Source: an uncultured Methanoregulaceae archaeon
Lineage (GTDB): Archaea > Halobacteriota > Methanomicrobia > Methanomicrobiales > Methanospirillaceae
NCBI GenBank assembly: GCA_963737635.1
Contig: CAVTTL010000001.1
Span: 160,001 to 224,000 of the forward strand
Length of the DNA: 64,000 nt
Direction of reading: 5' to 3'
Positions 30,920 through 42,141 of this stretch are shown here, in pieces. The notes under the pieces were generated by a model. The model made no database searches. It was not told the DNA's origin and worked only from the letters and a program-made list of their open reading frames with translations. The first letter of the stretch is position 1, and each line of letters begins with the position of its first letter. A program made the position numbers and the translations under genes.

Positions 30920-31498
30920 TCATTTTTTTGTAATTGACGAGAGCCAGGCACGGGGGCCGTCGGCCCTCGCACGGCTCTCGAAGACCGCCGGCCTGATGTA
31001 ATTGATGGTCCAGCCGTCGCGGAAGCAGTCCTGAATTTCTTTCTGTGTCACTCTCCGTGGGCCGTATCCGCCGGGCTCGAGTTCGGAGAAGCAGAGCATG
31101 AAGTATTTGCCGGCCGGGGCAAGGACGGCTGCGAGGTTCTCCACAAAGATCGGGCGGTCTTCGTCTGATAGGGTGTGGAAGAGCCCGGAATCGGTGGCGG
31201 TATCGAACATCCGGTTGAGTTTCCTGAGTTCCAAGGCGTCCAGGACAAGAAAATGCACGTGGACTCCTCTCCCGATAGATTTCTCCTGTGCCTTCTTGAT
31301 CGCTAAGGGAGCGGCGTCGATCCCGTACACCTCGTGACCTTCCGCGGCAAAGAAGAGCGCGTGCTCCCCGGTCCCGCACCCGATGTCCAGGATATCACCG
31401 GTTATCTCCCCTCTCCGGGCCAGGTCAACAAACTCCTTCTGGGGCCGGCCGATGTCCCAGGGAGGTGTGCCCTGGTATGCCTCATCAAAAAAATCCAT
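30920..31498 (-). CDS. Class I SAM methyltransferase (TPMT/TehB-like)
   Basis: PPWDIGRPQ, LDIGCGTG, DSGLFH. Confidence 0.88.
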   Translation of the reverse strand: MDFFDEAYQGTPPWDIGRPQKEFVDLARRGEITGDILDIGCGTGEHALFFAAEGHEVYGIDAAPLAIKKAQEKSIGRGVHVHFLVLDALELRKLNRMFDTATDSGLFHTLSDEDRPIFVENLAAVLAPAGKYFMLCFSELEPGGYGPRRVTQKEIQDCFRDGWTINYIRPAVFESRARADGPRAWLSSITKK

Positions 31499-31649
31499 AG
31501 CTCACGATAGTTTCTAAGGGAGATATCAGGGTTTCTCCACGTTATAGCCGGTGCAACACTGGGGCATAGAAAGGATGCGATTTTACCGGGTACAAAGATC
31601 CGCTTCATCTGGTAGACGAGCCCTCTTAAGAGACCAAAGGGGATTGCCC

Positions 31650-32099
31650 TCAATGGGTAATGACCATCGAATCCGGCAGGGCACCGTGGTAGGCAAGGAC
31701 TTCTTTGAGCGTCATGGAGGCAAGCATCCGCGCCATGATAAGGGAGCCCGGCGAAACCCCCCGGACCTTCGCGAGCGGGTCATCCGGATCGCCGCAAGGA
31801 AGTTCACCGGATACTACCTGATCGAATACCTGTTTTATCATGTGGTTCTGGACAAACGTCAGTTCGGTCACGAAGCGCTGGCCGGGCATCCGGGCTGCAG
31901 CAAAGACGAAGCGGATCGTATCCTCGGACGGGTGCGCACTTCCTTCCGAAGAAAGTCTGAGCGTGCACGAGATTTCATACTGCTCAATTTCCCCTTTTTT
32001 GATAGCGGAATGTTCGATACTGAGCATCAGCACCCTTTTTACCGGGATCAGGTAGATGTGATGATCCACATCAAGCATGGCAATACGTTCTTCTGGCAC
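31650..32099 (-). CDS. Hypothetical protein
   Basis: 149-aa ORF with GAGGA RBS; no recognised motif. Confidence 0.5.
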   Translation of the reverse strand: MPEERIAMLDVDHHIYLIPVKRVLMLSIEHSAIKKGEIEQYEISCTLRLSSEGSAHPSEDTIRFVFAAARMPGQRFVTELTFVQNHMIKQVFDQVVSGELPCGDPDDPLAKVRGVSPGSLIMARMLASMTLKEVLAYHGALPDSMVITH

Positions 32100-32218
32100 A
32101 GGTATCCTCTGTGAAGGATGGTACTTCGATCAGGGATAACGTATTTGTGCCCGCACCCGATCCGGACATCGTACCCATACAAAACTATAAGGTCTATTGT
32201 CTCTTCACCATCTCCCGT

Positions 32219-32821
32219 ATGCCAACGATCATCGGGCTTCTGGGGAGCCCGCTTTTAGAAGGCAATACCGCCCTGCTGCTCGATAAGGCCCTGGAGGGAG
32301 CAAAGGCCGCCGGATGCGACGTTGAGCCTATCAGCGTCATCAGCCTGGACATCCAGAGCTGTCAGGAGATTTATCATTGTAAAGATCATGATACCTGCAT
32401 CTTCAGCGACGATATGACCCAGATCTACCCGAAGGTTAAGACCGTGGACAGCCTGATCCTTGCCACACCGGTCATGACAATGGGGATCCCGGGGCCTCTC
32501 AAATCGTTCATCGACCGGTTCCAGGTCTTTTACATGGCCAAATACTTCCGGAACCAGCCCCTGGTCTCTCCGGATCTCAAAGAAAGAAGAAAGAGTCTCC
32601 TCATCGGCATCTCCGGAACGGCAGTTCCCGGTGTATTCGACGGCACACAACAAACGGTAAGAGCATTCTGTGACATCATTGACTGCCCGTACCATGACGA
32701 CCTCCTTATCAGCGGCATGGACCGGATCAGGGACATAACGACGCGGCCGGATCTCCTCGATACCGCCTATAAGAAAGGATTTGCCCTCGGTGCCCTGCTT
32801 ACCACGACCGGGAGCACCTGA
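32219..32821 (+). CDS. Flavodoxin-like iron-sulfur flavoprotein / FMN reductase
   Basis: GSP..GNT, C..C..C..DDM, LKSFIDR. Confidence 0.85.
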   Translation: MPTIIGLLGSPLLEGNTALLLDKALEGAKAAGCDVEPISVISLDIQSCQEIYHCKDHDTCIFSDDMTQIYPKVKTVDSLILATPVMTMGIPGPLKSFIDRFQVFYMAKYFRNQPLVSPDLKERRKSLLIGISGTAVPGVFDGTQQTVRAFCDIIDCPYHDDLLISGMDRIRDITTRPDLLDTAYKKGFALGALLTTTGST

Positions 32822-32888
32822 AAAACGCGGAGCCAGCGCCGTGATCGTATCATCCGGCAACCATTGTCCCGGATCCGATTTCTTTGAT

Positions 32889-33302
32889 TCAACAGTACGA
32901 CGACCCGGTACCGATGACGGTCCCGGCGATATTATCGGTGGTATCGATAAGCGTGTGGGCAAGAAGGTACGCGTTATGGTACCCCATGATAACAGAGACA
33001 TCGTTGAGGGCGTCGAAAGCAGTGTATGCAACAATACACCCCAGGACCAGCATTGACAGGAGACCCAGTCTCTCGTTCTGTCTGAAGAGATAGGGTATGG
33101 CAACCATCACCGGTATTAGTGCCAGTATTCCGAGGAGCATGCTCGGGACCATGCCGATCCGGGTAAAAAAGGCGGCGGCAATCGAGTCGCATTCCATAAA
33201 ATGCACGTAGACCGACGAGAGATAAAGGGTGCAGAGAGACGCGACGGTCGCGGAGAACACCGCAGCCGCAATAAATGTCCAGTACCGTATATCGAACTTC
33301 AC
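32889..33302 (-). CDS. Hypothetical membrane protein
   Basis: Three hydrophobic helices. Confidence 0.5.
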   Translation of the reverse strand: MKFDIRYWTFIAAAVFSATVASLCTLYLSSVYVHFMECDSIAAAFFTRIGMVPSMLLGILALIPVMVAIPYLFRQNERLGLLSMLVLGCIVAYTAFDALNDVSVIMGYHNAYLLAHTLIDTTDNIAGTVIGTGSSYC

Positions 33303-33396
33303 ATGACTCAGTCTGTGGTTGATCTATATCTAGTTCCAGACGGTGATAAAAAAAGACTGGGTTCTGTAAGGTAATTGAAAAGGGATTTTTCCCCAC

Positions 33397-35092
33397 TTAT
33401 GGAACGTCCTTCCGGAACAGGAAGATCGCACCGCACAGTCCAAGCGCTCCGATAACCAGTACCGCATCAAGTCCGGACCGGGGCGTATTCGTTGGTAGAG
33501 GCGGCTCGGTAGTTGATGCCGTAACCGGATCGTTCACGGTCTGTGTTACCGTGGGCATGAGTGTTGGCGTGGATAGCGCCTGCGCGGGAGGTGGTGTGGG
33601 ACCGGTATACCCGTTGCTCTCACCGGTTCCGGAGTCTGCCCAATAATCGGTGCTGCTGTGAGCGTTACTGCTGGGGGGATCAGCCGGTGTTGGCGTCGGG
33701 GCTGCCGATATCGGTCCAACCGGCGTGCTGTTGACTGAACCGGAGTAACCTCCCGTACCGGTGGCATTAGCCTCGATATACATGCCCAAGTCACTGGAAA
33801 CCGGTGAATAAGTATAGGATGTTGCCCCGGCGATAGGCGAATACGGGCCGTTTATGGAGGCAGATTCATTCCACTGGATCGTTGCGGGTGCACCGGCAGG
33901 CACCACCGTACCATTCGTCAGCGTCTGGCCGACCTGAGGCGTACCGGCGATCGCACCTATTGCAGTGAGGGGCGTTAGCGCGGTCACCGGTGCAGTCACC
34001 GGTGCACTCATCCGGTCCGGGCTCAGCCTGGCAGTTACGGAAAGGGTGTCAGTCGTTACCAATGCGGGAACGGTCACCGTCCAGGATCCTCCCGCAGCCG
34101 TCACTGCGGCCTGTGCTGTTCCATCGTACGTGAGCACGACACTCGCACCCGCAACAGCCGTGCCACTCACGCTGGTTGCACCTGCGTACACCGGGGTGGT
34201 GATAACCGGAGACGCCGTCCGGGTGGGCGGTACGATAAACTCGCCCCAGGCACTAGGTTCTGATCCAACGGGTATCGTTGTGGTAACCGTATTCGTGGCG
34301 GTGTTAATCACTGAGGTTGTGTTTGCTCCTAAATTCGCCACGTATACCGTTGAACCGCTCGGGGTCACCGGGGTCACGGCAACACCTTCAGGACCGGTTC
34401 CCACAGGCACCGTTGTGGTAACTGTATTCGTGCTGGTATTAATCACCGAGACCGCATTGGCTCCATACTCCGCCACGTATGCCGTTGCACCGTCCGGGCT
34501 CACGGCAACATTATAGAGAGTGGATCCGATAGTCACCGTTGTGGTAACTGTATTCGTGCTGGTATTAATCACCGAGACCGTGCCGTCTCCATAGTTCGTC
34601 GCGTATACCATCGAACCGTCGGGAGTCACGGCAATCCCCGCAGGCATCGATCCTACCGGTATCGTTGCGGTAACTGTATTCGTGCTGGTGTTAATTACCG
34701 AGACCGCATTGGCTCCATACTCCGCCACGTAGAGCTTGTACCGTCCGGGCTCACTACGACGTTATCAGGACCGGCGGAGGATCCAATAGTCACCGTCGCG
34801 GTAACCGTATTCGAGCTGGTGTTAATTACCGAAACCGTGCCGGCTCCATTGTTCGCCACGTAGACCGTTGCACCGTCCGGGCTCACGGCAGCACTCTCAG
34901 AACTGGTTCCTACATTTACCGTTGCGGTAACCGTGTCCGAGCTGGTGTTAATTACCGAAACCGTGCCGTCTCCTAAATTCGTAATATAGGCATACATCGG
35001 TGCGGGTACTGCGCTGCACAAGGGCATCACAAAGAAAAGCAGGAGTATCCCAAGAGCTGTTCGTGGAAAGAGTTCATCTTTCGTTCACCCAT
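33397..35092 (-). CDS. Cell-surface YVTN beta-propeller protein with C-terminal sorting signal (frameshifts near 35030 and 34735)
   Basis: ~42-aa repeats VAVSPDG..YVAN...VSVINTSTNTVT; Ig-like/PT-rich stalk; TPRSGL-TM-RK tail. Confidence 0.85.
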
Positions 35093-35316
35093 TAGTACCG
35101 CCTCATTGACAGGCGGACAAAACCCGGGAATACACGTAGTATTCAGCGATAACCATGAGAGGTCAGGTTCCAAAATTCTGTGTACCCGGTTCATTAAATG
35201 AAGGGTAGAAGCGGGTATAAACGTTTTCAAAAAAGTGGGGTGACGGAGGATTGCCCTTACCCGGCAGTCTTTCCCTCGTGCCCCGTGTTTTCTGAAAAAC
35301 AGCGGGAACACCCGGA

Positions 35317-36216
35317 TTAATACCCTTTGAGCTCAGCGTCAATTCTCTCGAGCTGGGCAATCCGCTTCTCTAAGGGCGGGTGCGTAGCGAAGAGCTCCAT
35401 AATTTTATTACCGGAAAGTGCCGGGATGATGAAAAATGCGTTTGCTCCCTGGATACTCGCCTTTGCCTGGGGAGGGACCACATCCATCCTGCCGGTGATC
35501 TTGTTCAGCGCGGAGATGAGCGCCTGAGGGTTCCTCGTGATCAGCGCACTGCCGCGGTCTGCCGCAAATTCCCGGTACCGGGAGAGCGCGAGCATCAAGA
35601 GTGTTGCGACGACCCAGACCACGACTGACGCCAGCCCGACGATGATCAGGCCGCCACCGTTGCCCCGGCCGCGTCCGCCTCCCCCGAACAGTGCAGAGAA
35701 GAACAGGCTCTGCATGACCATCGACGCGATCATGGCAACGAAACTGGCAAGCGTCATGGTCAGGATGTCCCGGTTCTTAACATGGGACAGTTCGTGCGCG
35801 AGCACGGCCTCGAGTTCGTCGTGGTTCAGCAGTTTCAGGATCGAGTCGGTACAGCAGACAACCGCGTGTTTGGGGCTCCGTCCGGTGGCAAAGGCATTGG
35901 GTACCGGGCTTGGCATGATCGCGATCTTCGGCATGGGGAGATCCGCTTCCGTACACAGTTTCTTCACGATCTGGTGGAGCTCAGGATATTCATCTTCGGT
36001 GATGATACGGGCCCTTGTACTCCAGAGCACTAACTGGGCCGAGAAGAAATACTGGACAACGGCAAATCCAACGGCCAGAAGGATGATCAGCCCGAAACCG
36101 GCACCGAACTCAAAGAGAATAGTCATGAACACCAGGTAGACGATGAAGAGCAGGAACATCGTCAGCCAGACCCTGGCCGTCAGGCCCCAGTCACGTGTCC
36201 ATTGCATACGTGACAC
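35317..36216 (-). CDS. htpX: Zinc metalloprotease HtpX
   Basis: PNAFATG, HELSH, SRYREFAAD, THPP. Confidence 0.93.
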   Translation of the reverse strand: MSRMQWTRDWGLTARVWLTMFLLFIVYLVFMTILFEFGAGFGLIILLAVGFAVVQYFFSAQLVLWSTRARIITEDEYPELHQIVKKLCTEADLPMPKIAIMPSPVPNAFATGRSPKHAVVCCTDSILKLLNHDELEAVLAHELSHVKNRDILTMTLASFVAMIASMVMQSLFFSALFGGGGRGRGNGGGLIIVGLASVVVWVVATLLMLALSRYREFAADRGSALITRNPQALISALNKITGRMDVVPPQAKASIQGANAFFIIPALSGNKIMELFATHPPLEKRIAQLERIDAELKGY

Positions 36217-36641
36217 CTCTTAAGAAGATGATTTCTTTGTCCATACTGATCCATACACGCCGGAGGCTATATTAGTTGGCGTGAGGCCGGTTCCTGGTGG
36301 CGACGTAGTTCATAGTTTACGAGATAACATATTGACTGGAAAACCGTCATATTACCACCATCCTGAGAGGTACATGCTGAGCACCACTCTGCCGGATACC
36401 GCGTACCCTGAATTTCCGAGTACCAGGAGGGGGGATCAGTTTTGCACATCTCCGAAGTAAAATGACCATAGTGAGGGCCCGGGTACCCCGAATTTCTGGC
36501 CACCACACAAAAGAGTTTTGTCCGTCGTGGAAAACCCTTTCGTGGCAGGATTGTGCCCTGAGCATATAACTTAATAACCCTGCCTTTTTATGAATAACCC
36601 TGAAGGTATCTATAAAAAACAGAAAGAACGTACCTGTCTGG

Positions 36642-37667
36642 ATGAAGGTTGTCATTGATATTACCGAGGATACGCTGCACCGGATCAAGGAAGTTAATCA
36701 CGACTCTTCCCTTGCGGGTTTTATTTGTGTTGCCATTGAAAACCAGCTTTCCCTTGAGAAGGATCAACACTTACACACACGCCGATCTGGCAGGAAAATC
36801 CGACACACGGGAGACCGGCCTCTCCCGTCCCCGGAAACCATCGCGATCGTAAAAAATCCCTTACATTATGAACTACTCAAAGGCATCCCGTCGCATATCC
36901 CCCTCCAGAATTATTACCTCTGGGGCCAGTATAACAAATTCTTCCCCGTTAAATTTGCCGTGAGATACCTGGCATATATGCAGATAGAGAATAATGCAGA
37001 CCCGGTACCATTACCCGAATTCCAGATCCGGTGCTCACGATCCGCGTCCGGGATGAAACGTATATTGAAAGAGAGCGATACGAAGGCAGGAAGAATATGG
37101 GGAGAAGGATTTGCCGTGGGACTCCCTGATAACCAAGACAAATCCTGGACACGGTTCATCAATCATTTCATCGGGTATACCGATTCGTGGGATAAACCGG
37201 TGGGAGCCCTCCCGGATCTCGGATTTATCGTGATAGAGAAGGAATCCGTAGCGTTATCCCCCCACGGCCTTGTGTTTGCCAGAATATCCAATCCGGTCCT
37301 TGACACCGATGTATTGTCTTCGCATCTGTTCAGCCAGGAAGAAAAAGATTTCTTGATTCTGTACCTGAAAAGAAAGCATTCTGTCGAATGGGACGGTTAC
37401 CAGAAAGTCATGCGCTGGATCGGGATGGGATTCGATACTCCGGCTGCATTAAATGAACACTTTTCCACGCTTGACCGGAAATGGACGAAAAAAATGGCAA
37501 ATACCTACCGGACCGGGATGATCGGCAGAATGGTCGACCTGGGGCTCATCGCCCGGACAAAAACCGGGGTAAGAGTGAAGTATATCGTGACTGATTTTGG
37601 GATAAAGATGGAAGAACCTCTCATGGAAGACACATATAATAATAAATTTGTAATCCCTCGCGGATGA
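36642..37667 (+). CDS. Uncharacterised protein, N-terminal RHH-like and C-terminal wHTH-like
   Basis: MKVVIDITED..SLAGFICVAIENQL; GMIGRMVDLGLIAR...YIVTDFG. Confidence 0.6.
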   Translation: MKVVIDITEDTLHRIKEVNHDSSLAGFICVAIENQLSLEKDQHLHTRRSGRKIRHTGDRPLPSPETIAIVKNPLHYELLKGIPSHIPLQNYYLWGQYNKFFPVKFAVRYLAYMQIENNADPVPLPEFQIRCSRSASGMKRILKESDTKAGRIWGEGFAVGLPDNQDKSWTRFINHFIGYTDSWDKPVGALPDLGFIVIEKESVALSPHGLVFARISNPVLDTDVLSSHLFSQEEKDFLILYLKRKHSVEWDGYQKVMRWIGMGFDTPAALNEHFSTLDRKWTKKMANTYRTGMIGRMVDLGLIARTKTGVRVKYIVTDFGIKMEEPLMEDTYNNKFVIPRG

Positions 37668-37878
37668 TACCCGGGAAAAACGTTTTGGTTAACGTGGTAG
37701 GGGCAATCACGTTTCCAGCGCCTCATAAAATTCTCAATCCCTCGATCACGTTAACAGAACCGAAAGAGGGTAAACCGGCGTATTCAGACGAGGTTTTATT
37801 TTTAAAATATGAGTACTTTATATATAATGTCTCCATACAACCTGCTATACCCTACCGTGTCTCGTGGTGAACTATGCC

Positions 37879-39772
37879 ATGTGGGACATTTCCGCTCTTG
37901 TTACAAATCCGCTTTTTCTTCTGGTAGTCGCGGGTATTGGTGCCCTTTTTGGTTATGCGTTTAAAGTCTTCCGCGATGTCTGGAGGGCGAAAATCAAGCA
38001 TCGGGAGGAGTTGGCCACTCATGTCGTTAAACAGATCGAAAAATACGCGCCGGCGTTCTATCTCATGGTCAATTACTCTCATAACCTCGCTCATATTTTA
38101 AACGAATATCTTGAAGTGAAATGCTGGATCCAGATGCAGCAGGACCCATCAGGATTACCGGTTGGCGACCCCCGGGGCGCCGCGTTCCGTTACGATGAAA
38201 ACTCAAAAGCGTATGCTAAATATGCCTTGTTTCCAGCGGTCAAACTCTATTCGGTTATGTCCAACCGCTTGTGGAATAAAGGCGGTGTATATATCCTGCC
38301 GGATCGGTGGGCGAACCAGGCGATCGACGACCTTCACAACGAACTGGTCAAAGTGTTAACGTTTGATGCAGAAGTTCTTCTTAAATATGTCAATGAGAAA
38401 ACACCCGATTATAAATTTTACAACAAACTCAAAGATTCAGAAACTGATGAAACCCTAAAGGATCTTCAGAAATCTTACCGGGAATTCGAAGAATGGATGC
38501 AAACGAAGGACAGCGAGGTAAAGAAAGCTGCCGCCTTTGCAAATGCGTACAGTGATCTTTTCAGCAACCAGATGGTTACCCGCCTTTATAAAGACTGGTA
38601 TGATCGGGGATTTGTCTTTAAACCGGCAGAGAACCCCCTGAAAGCCCCGGAAGTAACATCATCTTCTTCAGATTTGTGTGAAGAGACCAGGGTAATGATC
38701 CGGCTGGCTGCACAACATCATTCCAGCCAACAAAGATTAAGAAGTAAGTTACTCCTCAGGAATATTGAAAACGACAAGCGAATCCGGAATTATAATTCCC
38801 ACTTCGAAATCGGGTGGAAATATTACGCCTATAAAAGCTATGATATGGCGATTGAGGAGTATACAAACGCTCTCCGTGAAGATCCCGGCAATGCGATTGT
38901 GTATAATAATCTGGGAAACGTATACGCAGACTTCAGGTCAAATGGACCGTGCCCTGGAAAACCTGGAGAAATCCCTGCAGTTATTTGAAGAGGCTTCACA
39001 GTGGGAAGCCAGAAATCCTCTTATTAAAAAAATGATTACCTTCTCTAACGGAACAACAAGACTGTTTAAAAAGATCTTAAAACCGGGCATGGAAAATCCC
39101 CTTACTCATGTTTATACGCCTTTGTTTTATAGCGAGGCACTGCTGAACGCCGGCAAAACCTATTATAATGCCGGATTTAATGCCGAAAAACCTGATACAA
39201 CAAAGGAATATTATGATAAGGCTATTGGCTGTTTCAGGAAAGGCCTTTCTCTTGAAGATTCAGCGAATGAATTCCTCTTCTATAACCTTCTGGCCCTGAT
39301 TAGTAATTTAAAAGGAGAATTTGCCGACGCTGCTGAAAATTATCATAAATCCATTGTTCTCTCACCAACTGACGCGACATTGTATGGGAATCTTGCGTCA
39401 AATTACAAAGAATGGAAAAAAAATGGCGCGGCACTGTGGGCTTACCAGGAAGCTATCGAGATTTCCAAGGATAACAAACAACAGGCCGGTTTTTACAACA
39501 AGAAAGGGATTATGTTACAGGACGATAACAAGTGGCCTGAAGCAACTGATGCCTTCTTAAAAGCGATGACGTGTGACAGTGCCGAAAAAAGCTATGCGAA
39601 AAACCTGATCGATGCCTGGAATACCTGGAGGGACCCCGGTAAGAAGTTTGATCAGGCGGGTCAGGATAAAACGCGTGAATCCGTCGAGAATATGATTGTA
39701 GGCACTGCCTTGAATTTGACTGACCCGGATCTTTGTGATACCGTAAAAACTGCCTTCAACCTTAGTCCATGA
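37879..39772 (+). CDS. Membrane-anchored TPR protein (frameshift near 38985)
   Basis: N-terminal TM; YNNLGNVY and YGNLA TPR motifs. Confidence 0.7.
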
Positions 39773-39935
39773 GAGGCAGACCCTGGTGATAAACAGGGAC
39801 TCGGGGGAGAGGCGGTTCTGTTCCTGTCCCGGTCCCTGTTTGTCGTATTGTTGTACCCGATCTGCGTGGTGTGTGCTGATGATTTTCTCTCACCCAGGAC
39901 ATCACGCTGGGATCATCGGGAGATGCTTAGCGTTC

Positions 39936-40277
39936 TTAGAAAACCGTATCCCCGGTCTCCCGGGTCTGGATCCTCATTGCCGTCTCTACCGGCGACACGA
40001 AAATCTTACCATCGCCGATATGTCCGGTACAGGCGCGATCGCTGATACCCTCAACGATAGTCCTGACGTCCTCGTCTTTCACGATAAGTTCGATCTTTAC
40101 TTTTGGCATGAAATCGTACAGGCTTGGACCCTCAGTGTCCTGGTACGGGTCGATCTCATTTTCGGTCCCCCGGTACCAGATATCATAATGGATCATGGAC
40201 CGGTGGCCCAGGGCAAGCAGGGCATCGTTTACTTCATTGATGCGTTCGGGCCTCACATATGCTTCAATCTTCTTCAT
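39936..40277 (-). CDS. P-II family nitrogen regulator
   Basis: MKKIEAYVRP, PKVKIE, TGHIGDGKIFV. Confidence 0.9.
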   Translation of the reverse strand: MKKIEAYVRPERINEVNDALLALGHRSMIHYDIWYRGTENEIDPYQDTEGPSLYDFMPKVKIELIVKDEDVRTIVEGISDRACTGHIGDGKIFVSPVETAMRIQTRETGDTVF

Positions 40278-40415
40278 GCATAAGTTATAGAGTTTTCATC
40301 AAAAATATAGTTTTTCTTTGTGATGATATATAGTAATGATTAAATCTATATATCTGCGGGATGAGATGGATGTACGGGTACCAGCCCGAAGCGCGGCTCC
40401 CCCGGGGAAAGGTCT

Positions 40416-40805
40416 ATGGTCTACCGTCTCCACCAGGAACAACTCAAAAACGTGGCGCAGGCACTCAAAGAGCCCTACCTGGTACGGCAGACGGCTTCCG
40501 GCGTGCAGGAAACTCCGGTCGCCGGAAAGACGCCGGTACACCGGGAACCTGCCACTCCGGTGGAGGAGGCCCATCCTGAGGACCGGGAAAGCGCCGGGCC
40601 GCACTCCCTGCGACCGGCACCGGCAGTTCCCTCTTCGTGGCTTCCCGCAATGCAGTGTGTTGAATGCAACGATCGTATTCCGGTGATGGATTTTCTCTAT
40701 GCCCAAAAGACCGGCTTATGTATCCGGTGTTGGGAGGAACAGGAGAGCCGGTATGACAACGAAAATACCCAGTTCCTGTCCCGGGCAGAATATCCTCTTC
40801 TGTGA
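40416..40805 (+). CDS. Hypothetical protein with C4 Zn finger
   Basis: CVEC...LCIRCW. Confidence 0.55.
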   Translation: MVYRLHQEQLKNVAQALKEPYLVRQTASGVQETPVAGKTPVHREPATPVEEAHPEDRESAGPHSLRPAPAVPSSWLPAMQCVECNDRIPVMDFLYAQKTGLCIRCWEEQESRYDNENTQFLSRAEYPLL

Positions 40806-40847
40806 GGTTTTCTTACTCCTCGTACCCTTTGTCCGATGGGAGTCACC

Positions 40848-40874
40848 AATTCCGCAGACAGTGTCTGCGCAATT
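40848..40874. repeat. 27-bp palindrome module, copy B
   Basis: AATTCCGCAG-ACAGTGT-CTGCGCAATT. Confidence 0.7.
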
Positions 40875-40967
40875 GCCTTTTGTTATCCTGATTTGTCCTG
40901 CTCTCATCCTCCTCACTCATTGTCGTTGTCGTACGAGTTGTCGCACCGTCGTAATAATGAGCGATCT

Positions 40968-41040
40968 GTCATTTTTTTCGCTATGGACGAGTACTACGCC
41001 CGCATGAGGTAATTGATGATCCAGCCGTCGCGGATGCTTC
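40968..41040 (-). pseudogene. Relic of the 3' end of the 30920-31498 methyltransferase
   Basis: tcatttttt..gacgag and gtaattgatgatccagccgtcgcgga match 30920-31025. Confidence 0.7.
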
Positions 41041-41140
41041 CCGGGCAAAACGGACGCCGATGACGGCAATGCTCCCGTGGAGGTAATACATCCTCTTAAA
41101 TACCGGAATCAAATATCTCTCTCAGATTCGAGGTTTGGGC

Positions 41141-41335
41141 ATGGACTTCACAATTGCGATCGAACAGGATGAAGATGGCTGGTACGTTGTCACGGTACCG
41201 GCACTCCCAGGCTGCATCTCTCAGGGAAAGACTGAAGCAGAGGCGAAGAAAAACATTGCCGAAGCCATCGAGCTGCATCTCGGTGCACTTGCCCGGGATG
41301 GCATCCCCCTCTACCAGCGGCCGGGTACATCGTAA
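41141..41335 (+). CDS. hicB: HicB-family antitoxin (no hicA seen)
   Basis: EDGWYVVTVPALPGCISQGKT..EA..NI.EAIELHL. Confidence 0.88.
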   Translation: MDFTIAIEQDEDGWYVVTVPALPGCISQGKTEAEAKKNIAEAIELHLGALARDGIPLYQRPGTS

Positions 41336-41391
41336 TTCTGTAATAAGTTTCGGTACAGCCGGAGTTGATACGGGATACGTTCATTACGAGA

Positions 41392-42141
41392 CTACAACAA
41401 CGAAACAAAATCTTCGCATACCCGGCGGATTTCCTGTGGTGTCATCCTGTCATATCGTTTACCAGCGGCGTCAAGATCCGGTATTTCCGAAATTTTTTCT
41501 TTGAGAAATTCAGCTCGTGATATCTGGCTGCCGATAATCTCCAGGTCAATTTCACGTCCGCCCCGGTCTGGGTCAATTAAAGCGAGAATATCTGCTGCAT
41601 CTTTAATCCACTTTGCACCTTCCCAACTGGCATTGCCAGATGTCTGGTGGAGAATTCTATACGATCTATCCCATGCCGCTTTTAATTTTAGGAGAACTAA
41701 CATCGACCGATTCGGGACCTGTATTCTCGCTCCCCCGCGAACATTCCGGAAAACCGTGTTTCCTGTAAGAAGATCTAAGGAGAACGGGACTTCCGGGTGC
41801 CCTTCGAATTTATAGGAAATTCCCCGGGGAATAAAATCGAGAATGATTTCTCCGTGAGAAGTCATCTTTTCGACAGTGTCTGAAGGATAATTGATCCGGG
41901 GCGTATACCCTTCGTTGATCGTTAAATGCTCGATTAATAATCTTTGGGAAGTGTTGTCGGTAACAAGGTCTATATCAACCGACCCAAAATACGGGTTGTA
42001 GACATCCACAGCCCAGCCACCGATAAGTACGACATTGTCTGTTGAAGGTATCGAGCCGGGAATATTTATCCACGCTACAATGTTCCGGAGTTCTGCAAAA
42101 GAAGCCTCAATAATTTCCGGACCTGGATCATAAACCGGCAT
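41392..42141 (-). CDS. AbiEii-like nucleotidyltransferase toxin
   Basis: VLIGGWAV, SVDIDL, LKLKAA.DR, KDAADI. Confidence 0.8.
   Translation of the reverse strand: MPVYDPGPEIIEASFAELRNIVAWINIPGSIPSTDNVVLIGGWAVDVYNPYFGSVDIDLVTDNTSQRLLIEHLTINEGYTPRINYPSDTVEKMTSHGEIILDFIPRGISYKFEGHPEVPFSLDLLTGNTVFRNVRGGARIQVPNRSMLVLLKLKAAWDRSYRILHQTSGNASWEGAKWIKDAADILALIDPDRGGREIDLEIIGSQISRAEFLKEKISEIPDLDAAGKRYDRMTPQEIRRVCEDFVSLL

Noticed and set aside
34250-34990. ~126-bp near-identical DNA repeats as a repeat array or DGR
   Set aside because: They are in-frame YVTN propeller blades, with no reverse transcriptase or adenine-specific variation.
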